NCBI RefSeq assembly: GCF_009914755.1
Contig: NC_060926.1
Source of the DNA: the human T2T-CHM13v2.0 reference genome, Homo sapiens
Length of the DNA: 64,000 nucleotides
Strand: one strand, 5' to 3'
A program made the position numbers and the translations under genes. Below are positions 32,381-45,289 of this stretch, in pieces; the first letter of the stretch is position 1; each line of letters starts with the position of its first letter. The notes under the pieces are model-generated. The model was not told the DNA's origin and did no database searches. It saw nothing but the letters and a program-made list of their open reading frames with translations.

Positions 32381-34393
32381 TGTATTGCTACCTTTATAAC
32401 TAGTGTTGACAGCTTCTGGATTCGACCTGGTGAGGAAAGGGGATAAATATAGAAGACGTTTATGAATTTGTTTTTTAATCTATTTTACTCTTTAATTATT
32501 TAATATTTAACTGGTTAATTATTCATAGTCAAACAGAAGGCTTAATAAAAATGTGCTTATTAAACAATAATTTGCTTCCTTAACTCCCTTCACCACTAAA
32601 GCAGCATGTCCATAAAGGGAAGGAAGAATGCTATCTCAGGGTCTGGAATTTTTCTTCAAAGGGATAGTTACTAGAAATCAGCATACATCCTCTTTCTAGT
32701 TTGGGGCTCTACAGATTAGAAGCTTTGCCCTCATGCTATAGACTACCCTTGCAGGCACCAGCTTGGGTAGTATAGGAGGTGTTAGGCAAGCTGGGAGTGT
32801 AGCGGGAGGCTACCTGGCTATGATGACAGGGCAGTGATTACTGTCCAGGCAGGTGGCTGAGCAAGGTGACAAGCCTGGGCAAGAATAAACCCTGGAAACT
32901 ACTGGGGCCAGGATCAAAGTTCCCGGTCAGGTGGGACTTCTGGTTTACCAGAGGGAAGGTTAGGACAATCCTGCCGAAGGCACATGCCTTTCTCCCTTTC
33001 AAATGTTTCCCAGCTAAACCACTTCCAAATGAGCAGGCTTCTACTAACTTTATGCAAGTATTTTTCTCAGTTTTGAGAGGTGATTTATAAATCACTGAAT
33101 GGCATTGCCCTAGGACAGCAGGGATGTCTCTGGGTCTTAAGGATGAATGTGAAGGCAGGATGACTTTATAGGAAACAGAAAATGTCTACTAACATGCTCC
33201 AGATATTGACAGTCAAATCCAGAGGCTGGAGGAAAGCTGGTTAGCCTTGGAAAAACCATCTTTTCTTTTTCTTTTCTTTCTCCTTTTTCAGAAATAAGGT
33301 TAAACTATCCTTAAGAATAAGAAGGAAAATATTAAAACATTCCCCCCCAAAAGTTCATAGATCTTCAAGAAAAGAGAAGTTAGGACCAAAATATAAACAG
33401 GATGACAACTGCTTTTATTTGAAGAAAATAGAGTTTTCTAGAAGACTGAATCAGTATAGCCTGATAAAGTGCTTATCCATTGGGAAAAGATATTCTATGG
33501 GAGCAAACAAATAAAGATAAAAGAGGAAGACATTAAATTAATAATGGCTAAAGAAGGTGAGAGCCTGAACTCACTTGCTAAATGTGTCTTTAAAGAGGGA
33601 GCCAACATGATCTCACAAGAGTCTCTATGAGAAGGTGAGAAGGAAGGTTCTTAGTACTCAAGGGCGAATAGGCAATCTACAAATTTCAGACCAATGTTTT
33701 TATCCCTTGATGTTCACTGACAACACAGACACAGTTCCCTGTTTTGAAAAGAGGTCTAACAATCATGCTGAACAGTCTGAGACTTAATAGAGCCAATCAG
33801 TTCAGTTTCTATTAGTGCACCTGTACACTCAGGCATGCGTTCAACCAAACACACATTTAGACACTCAGACTACTCTAGGTCTTGGGAAACAAAGCAGAAT
33901 ACAACAGACATGGCCCCTGCTCTCAGGAGGTGTAAGCACCATGAGAGGAGAGAAGCAATAAACAATGAACAAATACATGTAAACGCAACAGATCTATATT
34001 CGAACAGTTGCTGCATGGTTCTGATGGGTCTAATTAGCATTTTGGCAAAGAAGAAGCATGAGAAGGGCATGGATTCTGTGTCAGACATTTGAGGGGCTGG
34101 CTTGTGGAAATGACATTATGTGTGGTTTAAAGCTACAGGGAAGATTTTGGTTTTAATAAACTTCCTAACAATTTCTGTCACTAAACATTCCACAGGTGTT
34201 TTGTGCTAAGCACTGTTCCAGGTGGCTACATTCTGGTAAAATGAGGTAGACAGTAAACATGTATATGACACTATGTAACATCACACGTTGTAACCCAAAG
34301 CAGCATAATTTGGCATAATGTAATATAACATAGTAACCATTAAAGCTGTGCATCAGTAAACTGGCCATCACCATCAGTGAAATGGTGAGCTGC

Positions 34394-34632
34394 AGCCGGG
34401 TGCGGTGGCTCACGCCTGTCATCTCAGCACTTTGGGAGGCCGAGGCGGGCGGATCACGAGGTCAGGAGATTGAGACCACGGTGAAACCCCATCTCTACTA
34501 AAAATACAAAAAATTAGCTGGGTGCGGTGGCAGGCACCTGTAGTCCCAGCTACTCAGGAGGCTGAGGCAGGAGAATAGCATGAACCCGGGAGGCGGAGCT
34601 TGCAGTGAGGTGAGATTGCGCCATTGCACTCC
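34394..34632 (+). mobile_element. AluY-lineage element with 12-bp left-arm deletion (Yd/Yc type), 3'-truncated
   Basis: GGATCACGAGGTCAGGAGAT and GGAGCTTGCAGTGAG (Y diagnostics); GAGACCACGGTGAAACCCC deletion; stops at GCACTCC with no tail. Confidence 0.92.
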
Positions 34633-35184
34633 TCGAGGCATTTGGGATCACAAGCAGAGTGGGATGTCTCTGGGAATCCCCAGCCTGGAGCAGCTTCCTC
34701 TGACTTTGGTGGAGCCACATGCAGGGCTCAGGGCAACTTCTGCTCTCTATTCTTAACCTTCCTTAATTGTTGTGTCTCAATATTTTCAGTCTCAATTCCT
34801 GACTCAATGAAGTTCTTAATTTCATATGTGATCCCTGGTGGGTTTGGGACACATGATTTCATTTTAGTTTTTAATTGAAAAAGTATTTATTGAAAAAGTA
34901 TTTCCATAATATTTTCTGCTTAAATAACATATGCTTCTGGTTAAAAAGTTAAACATTGCAAAAAAAATAGCAAATGCAGGAGAGTGAAACCCCCCAGGAT
35001 CCTAACACCTGCAGATAATGTCAATGGTGACCAGTGTTAAGCACTGGGTACTTATCTGATTTTTATATACATGCACTAAGATGGGGATTATATTAATATA
35101 TGTATATTTAATGAGGTCATACTGTTTGGTGATATACTCTTTTTCACTGAGCATCTTTCCCAACACAACATACAAATGGGTCTT

Positions 35185-37692
35185 CTTTTTTGCAGTTATT
35201 ATTTTGGATTGGTTCATCTTAAAAGTCTTTCTACCTAAGAATAGTTTACACACCATAGTTACAGTGTTGCAATATTCTGTTTTTCTGTGTACTTACTGTT
35301 ACCAGTGAGTTTTATGCCTTCAGTTGATTTCTGGCTCATTAATGTCTTTTTCTTTCAGATTAAATATCTCCCTTCAGCATTTCTTATACGACAGGTCTGG
35401 TGTTGAGGAAATTCCTCAGCTTTTGTTTGTCTTAGAAAGTTTTAATTTCTTCTTCCTGTTTGAAGGATATTTTCACCAGATACACTATTCTGGGGTAAAA
35501 GTTTTTTTTCCTTTAGCACTTTAAATATGTCACGCCACTCTCTCCTGGCCTGCAAGGTTTCCGCTGAAAAGTCTGCGGCCAGATGTACTGGAGCACCATA
35601 GTATGTTACTTGTTTCTTTTCTCTTGTTGCTTTTAGGATTTTGTATCTATCCTTGACCTTTGGGAGTTTGATTATTAAATTTCTTGAGGTAGCCTTCTTT
35701 GGGTTAAATCTCCTTGGTGGTCTCTAACCTTCTTGTCCTTGGATATTGATACCTTTCTCTAGGTTCCGTTATTATACCTTTGAATACACTTTCTCCCTAT
35801 CTATTTCTCTCTCTGCCTCCTCTTTAAGGCCAACAATTCTTAGACTTGCCCTTTAGAGGCTATTTTCTACATCTTATACCTGTGCCTCACTGTTTTTTAT
35901 TCTTTTTTTCTTTTGTCTTTGCCGATGATACATTTTCAAACAGCCTGTCTTCAAGCTCACTAATTCATTCTCCTGCTTGATCTGTTTGGCTATTAAGAGA
36001 CTCTGATGCATTCTTCAGTATGTCAGCTGCATTTTTCAACTCCAGAATTTCTGCTTGATTCTGTTTAATTATTTCAATCTCTTTGTTAAATTTATCTGAT
36101 AGAATTCTGAATTCCTTTTCTGTGTTACCTTGAATTTCTTTGAGTTTCCTCAGAACAGCCATTTTGAATTCTCTGTCACATACCTCTGTTTCTCCAGAAT
36201 TAGTCCCTGACACCTTATGCCTTATCTAGTTCATTTGGTGAGGCTGTTTTCCTGGATGATGTTGATGCTTGCAGATGTCACCGGTGTTTGGGCACTGAAT
36301 AATTAGGTCCTTATTGTAGTCTTTGCAGTCTGGGCTTGTTTGTAGCTGTCCTTCTTGGGAAGGCTTTCCAGGTATTTGAAATGACTTGGGTGTTGTGACT
36401 GACACTGTATCTGCATTAGGGGGCACCCCAAGTCCAGTAACATTGTAGTTCATGCAGACTCACAGAAGTACTGCCTTGGTGGTCTCGGATAAGATCAGGA
36501 AGAATTCTCTGGAATACCAGACAGAAACTCTTGTTCTCTTCCCTTACTTTCTCCCAAACAAATGGAGTCTCTCTTTCTCCCTGTGCTGAGCAGCCTGGGG
36601 CTGGGGGTGGGGTGACATAAGCACCCCTGTGGCTACCACGACTGGGACTGTGCTGGGTCACACCTGAAGCCAGCACAACACTAAGTCTTACCCAAGGCCA
36701 CTCCCTGGCTACAGCCTGTATTTGCTCAAGGCCCTAGGGCTCTATGATCGGCAGACGGTGAAGCCAGCTGGGTTTGTGTCTTTCCCTTCAGGGCAGCGAG
36801 TTCCCCCAGCTGGGTCCAGAGATGCTGTCTAGGAGCCAGGGACTGAAGATAAAAACCTTAGAAATCTACGTGGCCTTCTATTCCACTCTGGCTGAGCTGG
36901 CACTCCAACTGTAAGCCACAGTCCTTCCCATGGTCCCCTCTCCTTTCCACAGGCAGAAGAGCCTCATCCCAAGGCCACGACCACGACAGGCCCACAGGGA
37001 TTACTGCCAGGCCACTGCCGATGTTAACTTAATGCCCAAAGGCCCCTCAGTCAAGTCGTGGTGAGTGCTGCCTGGCCTGGGACTCACCCTTCAGGGCAGT
37101 AGACTCCCCTCTGGCCCAGGGAAGGCCCAGAGATGGTATCCAACAGCCAAGGCCTGGAATCAGGGACACCAAGAGCCTGCTTAGTGCTCTACCCTGCTGT
37201 GGCCAAGCTGGTACCTAAGGTGCAAGACCAAGTCCCTTTTACTTTTCCTTCTGCTTTTCTAAGCAGAAGGAGTCTCTCACTATAGCCACCACAGTTGGGA
37301 ATGTGGTGGGTCTCACCTGCAGCCAGCAGTCTCAGAGTCTCACCAAGGCCCATGGCATATGACCTGGGTATCACTGCTGGTTATTCAGGGACCAAGGGCT
37401 CTTTAAGTCAGCAAGAGATGGATCTTGCCAGGACTTGGTCCTTCCCTTCAAGGCAGTGTCTCCTTCTGGCCCAGGGTGTCTCTCTAGAAATGTTTTCTGA
37501 GAGGTACGGCCTGAAAATGGGGCCTCACAGCTCTGACTGGTACCCTATCCCTCTGTGGCTGAGCTGATAACCAAGATGCAAGACAAAGTCCTCTTTACTC
37601 TTGCCCCTCCTGTCCTTAAGCAGAAGGAAGGGGTCTCTTTTGAAGCTGGGAGCTTTGTTGCCTGGGTTTGGAGGAGGGGTAGTGTAAGCACT
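35185..37692 (-). mobile_element. Old L1 (L1M1/L1MA-type) 5'UTR plus ORF1
   Basis: ORF 35965-36213(-) DREFKMAVLRKLKEIQ...NQAEILELKN matches the ORF1p coiled-coil region; GC-richer 5'UTR with three diverged repeat units. Confidence 0.88.
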
Positions 37693-37694
37693 CC

Positions 37695-38145
37695 CTATTC
37701 ACAATAGCAAAGACATGAGATCAACCCAAAGGACCATCAGTGGTAGACTGGATAAAGAAAATGTGTACATATATACCACAGAATACTACGCAACCATAAA
37801 AAGGAACAAGATCATGTCCTTTGCAGGAGCATGGATGGAACTGGAAGCTGTTCTCCTCAGCAAACTAATGCAGGAACAGAAAACCAAACACTGCATGTTT
37901 TCACTTATAAGTGGGAGTTGAACAATGAGAACACATGGACACATGGATGGTGGGGAAAAACACATACTGAGGCCTGCCATGGGGGATCATCAGGAAGAAC
38001 AGCTAATGGATACTGGGCTTAATATCTGGGTGATGAGTTGATCTGTGCAGCAAACCACCGAGGTACACGTTACCTATGTAATAAGCCTGCATATCCTGCA
38101 TATGTATCCCAGAACTTAAAAAATGAAGAAGAAAAAAAAAAAAAA
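37695..38145 (+). mobile_element. L1PA (older, ~PA13-16) 3' end
   Basis: CTATTCACAATAGCAAAGAC...; ORF 37715-37921 is the ORF2 C-terminus (FAGAWMELE...CMFSLISGS); 3'UTR and A-tail. Confidence 0.92.
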
Positions 38146-38817
38146 CCAGAGCAATTCACACTCAACAGCATGCCAGGGAAGATGTCTCAGCCCTGGTGTC
38201 CTGACAAGAGCAGTTTCTGAATAGGAAGAAGGCTGGCACAAATGGATACAGCAACACATTCTAGAGATGCAAAGTTCCAACAAAAGCATTTTAAAGGTCA
38301 CCTTGTTTATATAATATTTATGTTTTAAGACCTTATGATTCCCCCAATATTTCAAAGCTCTCAGAGACAAAAGAATAACATGGTATAAAGAAGTGGAACT
38401 CGGAATGAGGAGACGTGGACTCTGGTTTCAGAGCCACAGGAAACTGTGGAATCTGGAGGTGAAGACAACCCCAGGAAGTGACGTATTTCTAAATTTTCTG
38501 ATGAGGACACCCGGCCCCAAGAAGTTCTGTGAGCTGCCCAAGGCCTCTCAGTCACTTGTGATACAGCCAGAATGCAGGGCAGGGGCCACTGTGTCCTTCT
38601 ATGTTCCTTCAGTCTGCAAAACAGCGATAAGAATAGCTAATTGGGGTTTTCTGAGAAGTTACTGTATTGGAAACCATAAATATGTCATTTAATGAAGAAC
38701 AATGAGCTTCGGCAGGATTTCTTAAGTGTGAATGCAATCGACATGCGGTATTCCTGCCTTCTTGGTTCTCTCGTCTCATACTCAACTCTGGTCCCCTTTC
38801 CCATCCTCCACCTCAGA

Positions 38818-38907
38818 AAACAAGAAGTGGGACAAAATAGGAAAGGAGAGAAGAGGAAGAATAAACAAGAAGTGGGACAAAATAGGGAAGGAGAGAAGAG
38901 GAAGAAA
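38818..38907 (+). repeat. Near-perfect tandem duplication, 45-bp period, 2 copies
   Basis: AAACAAGAAGTGGGACAAAATAGG(A/G)AAGGAGAGAAGAGGAAGAA at 38818 and 38863. Confidence 0.96.
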
Positions 38908-40411
38908 AGAGTGACGATGAGCCCCGGGCGAGGTGGCAGGGGCCTGAGAGGCAGGGAAGGCAAATGGGGAGCTTTGTTCTGACCAGGCCGTGTGCTTGGT
39001 CTGTGGGGCCTCTGGCTTCCCATGGGTGAGTCCTGTGAGAAGAACTGTGATAGTCTAAGTGTCTGCCAAAAGAAGGGAGTGAATTAGATGCAACCCATTC
39101 CACCCTGCCTCAGGAACAATGTACACACAAATACATGTCAGGATTCTCTCTGAACTTTACACAGAAATTGCCTGGCTATGTTCAGCTCTTCTCAGGGAGA
39201 GAAACAGAAAGTATTTGCTCTGGAAATCTTGTATCAATATATAACCAAGATCTTAATGTTTTCAGACTTGCCCCTTCCTTTTTCTAGCATTTGTTTTTTC
39301 TTCTGTATCTCCTCAGGAAGATATGGTGGCAATTAAAAGAAAAATTATTCTGAACAGCCTGAAGTGATATGGCTAAGCCTAGCACCACTTTTATTTCAGA
39401 GTTAAACAACCATGACTTAATTCTCAAATTGCTTCCCAACCCTGGGAAGTTAAGGTCCTAGTCTCCGGCTAATTCTAGAACCATCTATCATTAAATGAAG
39501 TTGAACACAAAGAAGGGGCGACTGCAGCTAAGGGAAAGGCCGTCAATCCTGACACCAGATTAATCTTCCCCAAATGCCTTTCCTGCCTGAGAGGGTTTGT
39601 GGCTGCTTGTTAGACTAGATCCAAGTTCTCAGCCTTGTCTCAGGCCTGCCTGGCCATTGAGTGTCTCACATGCTTCCCACCATTCCTCATGGGAGCCTGG
39701 GTTCAGACCGGCCAGGTTCCCACTCCCGTTCACAGGAAGGAGGCTCTGCGACTTTCACCTGCAGGCTCTGCTCACCCGTTGTCACTTCCCCATCCACATC
39801 CTAACCTTCTATCACATCTTCCTTCAAGAAGACTCACACTGTTCAGGAAACACCTGCTCACTGCCTCCTTAAGTTCCTTTCTCTAAATGTCTACAGTGTT
39901 AATAGTTTATAGCACTCAGCCCACTGATTGAGACCACAGCTAAGTTTCTGAGGGCAGAGACCCCCTCTGTTTAGTTCACTGCTCCTTCCCCAGTGTCAAG
40001 CTTAGCCAGGTGCTCATTAAAGAATTACAAAATGAGCAAATGGTTACTTGACTCGTGAGGTAGGATAAGACAATGAGACTGATTCTTAAACTACTTGCTG
40101 TAATATAAACTCATATAATTTTTTTTGTTGCTACAAAGCTGTCATCTAGGCAGGTGAGTCTTTTATTACTAAAATGCTTGGAGTGCTCAAACGTTTTGGG
40201 AATTCTTCTTTGGAAACTGTGCTACGTCAATTCCTGGGGTTGGGGTTGAGGTGGTGGGGGTGGAGGTTGGTGTGATGGGGGTGGGGAATCTCAGAGTTAA
40301 GACTGGATATGAATTAACAAAGAGACAAAAGTCACTCAGGGCCAAGCCTTAACTGAAGTGGCTGATTAAGCTAGTGAGAGCAGTTCTGGATCAAAACTGA
40401 TCAAAAGTCAG

Positions 40412-42421
40412 TCCTATTCAACATAGTATTGGAAGTTCTGGCCAGGGCAATCAGGCAAGAGAAAGAATTAAAGGGTATTCAAATAGGAAAAGAGGAAGTC
40501 AAATTATCTTTGTTTGCAGATGACATGATCCTATATCTAGAAAACCCCATCGTCTCAGCCCAAAAGCTTCTTAAGCTGATAAGCAATTTCAGCAAAGTCT
40601 CAGCATATAAAATCAATGTGCAGAAATCACAAGGATTCCTATACACCAACAACAGGCAAGCTGAGAACCAAATCATGAAAGAATTCCCATTCCCATTCAC
40701 AACTGCCACAAAGAGAATAAAATACCTAGGAATATAGCTAACAGGGGAAGTGAAGGACCTCTTCAAGAAGAACTACAAACCACTGTTCAAAGAAATCAGA
40801 GATGACACAAACAAATGGAAAAACATTCCATGCTCATGCACAGGAAGAATCGATATCATGAAAATGGCCACACTGCCCAAAGCAATTTATAGATTCAATG
40901 CTATTCCCATTAAACTACCATTGACATTCTTCACAGAATTAGAAAAAACTATTTTAAAATTCATATGGAACCAAAAAAGAGCCCAAATAGCCAAGGCAAT
41001 CCTAATCCTAAGCAAAAAGAATAAAGCTGGAGGCATCACACTGCCCAACTTTAAACTATAATACAAGACTACAGTAACCAAAACAGCATGGTACTGGTAC
41101 AAGAACAGACATACAGACCAATGGAACAGAATAGAGAACCCAGAAATAAGACCACACACCCACAATCATCTGATCTTTGACAAACCTGACAAAAACAAGC
41201 AACGGAGAAAGGATTCCCTATTTAATAAATTGTGCTGAGAGAACTGACTAGCGATATGCAGAAAACTGAAACTGGACCCCTTCCTTACACCATATACAAA
41301 AAATCAACTCAAGATGGATTAAAGACTTAAATGCAAAACCCAAAACTAAAAAAGCTCTAGAAAAAAACCTAAGCAATACCATTCAGGACATAGGCATGAG
41401 CAAAAATTTCATGACAAAGATGCCAAAAGCAATTGCAACAAAAGCAAAAATTGACAAACGGGATCTAATTAAACTAAAAAGCTTCTGTACAGCAAAAGAA
41501 ACTACCAACAGAGTAAACAGACAACCTACAGAATGGGAGAAAATTTTTGCAATCTATGCCTCTGACAAAGGTTTAACATCCAGCATCTATAAAGAACTTA
41601 AACAAATTTACAAGAAAAAAAATAAACCGCTCCATGAAAAAGTAGGCAAAGGCCATGAACAGACACTTCTCAAAAGACATACATGCAGCCAACAAACACA
41701 TGAAAAAAGCTCAACATCATTGATCATTAGAGAAATGCAAATCAAAACCACAATGAGATATCATCTCACGTCAGTCAGAATGGCTATTATTAAAAAATCA
41801 AAAAACAACATGCTGGCAATGTCGTGGAGAAGAAGGAATGCTTTTATACTGTTGGTGGGAGTGTAAATTCAACCATCGTGGAAGACAGTGTGGCAATTCC
41901 TCAAAGACCTAGAAGCAGAAACACCATTTGACCCAGCAATCCCATTACTGGGTATTACCCAAAGGAATAGAAATTGTTCTATTGTAGTACTATTAGCAAT
42001 AGAAAAGACATGGGATCAACCTAAATGCCCATCAATGATAGACTGAATAAAGAAAATGTGGTACATATACACCATGGAATACTATGCAGCCATACAAAAG
42101 AATGAGATCATGTCCTTTGTAGGGACCTGGATGGAGCTGGAGGCCTTTATCCTTAGCAAACTAACACAGGAACAGAAAACCAAATACTGCATGTTCTCAC
42201 TTATAAGTGGGAGCTAAATGATGAGAACACATGGACACATGTGTGGGAAAGACACACAGTGGGGCCTGTCAGAGGGCAGGAGGAGGTAGGAGGAGGGAAA
42301 AATCAGGGTGATGGGCTGATAGGTGCAGCAAACCACCATGGCACACATTTAACTATGTAGCAAACTCGCACATCCTGCACATATACCCCAGAACTTAAAA
42401 TAAAAGTTGGAAAAAAAAAAA
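40412..42421 (+). mobile_element. L1PA (~PA10-13), 5'-truncated, ~2 kb, broken ORF2
   Basis: ORFs 40429-40737 (FADD), 40750-41061 and 41396-41866 are ORF2p pieces; 3'UTR and A-tail; possible TSD AAGTCAG at 40405 and 42425. Confidence 0.95.
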
Positions 42422-45289
42422 CCCAAGTCAGGATGCCATTCCTCATGGCTCATCCTCGCTCTCAAGAAGAAAGCCATTATAGGAATTCCTGAAAGACGAC
42501 AACATCATTAGAATGAGTATTTAGATTCTCAAGATGACTATTTCAAAGGACAGTAGTTCCTTGTATGCACTAAAAATACCCCGAAACATGAATACTTCTT
42601 TTTTAAAATGAATCTAGCAACTAGCACACAGAAGGAAACAAGTCAATACCCACTGACCTAGTTGTGGTAGAACACTAGTTTAGTTCTGGGCAAATATAAA
42701 CTTTAAAATAAACCCGATGCTTTAAAAATACCAAGCTTCTACAGTAGAACGATAAAATAATACAACAGTAGGAGACATGTGAAAATGCATGACTATCTCT
42801 CAGGAGGAAACAAAGTGTGGGGAACTTTTAAAATACAACTCTCAAAGGGGTTTCAAATGGCATCGGGGGAAAAAAGGAATGCACTTGATGTTCCTGGAGT
42901 TCCTTATAATTGTGTCTCTTTGGCTCCTAACAAAGAACCAGCAGCAGAGTCAAAATTATTTTGGGCAAATTTCAAGAAATTAAAACAAAGGTTTAAAAAA
43001 TCACAGAAGAGTAGGGGTCAGTTTGTTTACCTAGCACAGACAGATGGTTGTATTTCTGTAGTTAGAGGAGCAATGCAGAAAGACTTCCAAAGTTCCAGAT
43101 GAGGCACATTTGCCAAGAAAATGCTTCAGGTTGGCAGAAGGTAGAAACCCTGTATTGGCTAAATATTTAGCAACACTGAAGAATTTTTAACACTAATATC
43201 TCATTTGGAGTGGAATATGCTTTATGGTCTGAATTCTTTCCCCACTCTGTTTTATAAGTGATGATAAAAATCAAAACATAATCACCTGTCGAGGATGAAT
43301 CCTGCACCTGTGAAATTATATTTCAAACAAGCCAACTTCCTAATTACAATGGAGAGGGAACTGGCATGAGGAAGCAAGTTATTTCCACCATTCCGGCAGT
43401 GGGCTCCAGGCTCCCAGATGAAGAGCTGTTGGTACAACCACAAAAAAACTGCTAAAATCATCTTTTATTATTCCTGTCTGCACAACAAATAGCTCCATCT
43501 GGGGCTCAATGGTAGACTCCAGCCAAAATTTGTAAGGGCTCGGCTCTGAGGCATCTGATAGCAGCCCTGCATAAGGCAGAAAATCAGACCACCATCAGCA
43601 CCAGGATCACTGTCTACATGAGTTGATGAAGAGTTTGTGGGGGGCACTGGGCCGAGCATGTCAAGGGGCACAGAAAATTGGAAGCATGGACCCTGCTTTA
43701 AAGAAGCTTACAGGGCAGTTGGGGAGATAGGAATCTACAAACACACATATGCTAAAGCACAACAGTCCCTCAGTTATGTGTGGCAAATTCCAAATGAGGG
43801 ACAGGCGGTGATGCTTGGAATTGAGCAAAGTCAGAGCCCGCTGTGAGTGGCAGTAGCCAGTGCCACACAAAGCAGGCAGGGTGTGAGCATCTTCTGAGAA
43901 CTTCCTACATGTAAGTCTCCACGCTGAGTTCCTACCCAGGTCCTCTCATTTACCTGATTCCTTCCCAGGAGCATCCTGGGAGAGTGCCACTAGGAGACCA
44001 CAGTTCTTCCTGCACAGAGGAAACCTTCCATTTCTCCACAACGTTTGCTTGATCCTACTTGACTCCAGGCCCTTCCTGCTGGGCTTTAAGCCAGTTGATA
44101 CCACAGTGGCTGGCGCAACTCTGAAGTGTGCATGTTCAGAGTCCTGAGTCCCTAGACCCTGGGCATCTGCAGACTGAATGCTGCTGCATCCCAGGGCTCA
44201 GATGCTGAGTCATGGGGAGTGGTCTTTGGGCTTTTCTCAAAGGAGTACACCGCACTGGATATTTATGTCCTTAGTTGGGTTGGGTTAAGCATTCCCATCT
44301 GCGTGCCCTGGTAAGCTTCTCCAATAGATGTTATGTACAAGGCTCTTCATTCATAACTCTTTCAAATATCTCAGGTAAGGATTGCTAGCTCTTCGCCTCC
44401 AACATCTGGCAGGCTTTCTACCTGGTTCCTTTGCTTTCTGCCTCTATGAAAATGCTCTGAAGTGCTGGTCTTGGCCAGGCAAGCTACCTGTAGGCCATGT
44501 CTTCATGCACACAGACAAGTTGGCTGCCTTCTACCAGCTCCCGGTGGTCCCACAGAGCAGATGCGCCACAGGCTGTGTCCTGTACACCCTGGCCCTGGGA
44601 GCGCAGGCTCAGTTTGCACAGCATTACTGAAGCAGACCCTGGGGTACTTAAAAAAAGCAAAAGCAAAAAAAAAAAAAAAAAAAAAAAACAAAATGCAAAA
44701 ATTAGTTCCAGCACTATCAGTTCAAATGGGCAATGTGCATGTCCATATGGCTGGGCTCCTCCAGGTCTGACTGTGCAATAAAGACAGGTTTCAGTTGGTT
44801 TGTTCCAGGCCTGAGAGCCAGAAGGCAGAGCAGTCTCTGAAGCACTGAAGCCAGAGTGACCCCTGCACATCGCATCCCTTCTGGATCCTGCCTGGAGCTC
44901 TGTCTGCCCGGAACACCCTTCTCCTCCTCCTTCCTCTGGTCTCCTCCTCCTTCTCCTTCTCATCTCTTATCTCCTTCAGGTCTGTGGCTTTCCCCAGCAG
45001 TTTACACAGTACCTGGCACTAGGTGAAGCTCAAAAATATTTGTTCAAAACATGAAGTAATGTACAATTGATACAAGGAAGGGATGACACAAGGTGCCTCA
45101 GACAGGCAGAAACAGAGGGGATTAACAGCACGCATAGAAAGCAATAGATGTATTCATGCATAAGCACACCAGCAGGATGCCACCCAACTCCCACCATAAC
45201 TGGCTGGGACAATGCTTGGTAGCCTGTCTCTCCCCACTCCCATCTCTAGATGCTCTTTCATGTGAATATCAATGTGATCTATGTCATCG

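Noticed and set aside
35185-38145. Antisense L1 5' part abutting a sense L1 3' end as a second twin-priming event
   Set aside because: The segments look like different subfamilies, are kilobases apart on the L1 map, and share no TSD
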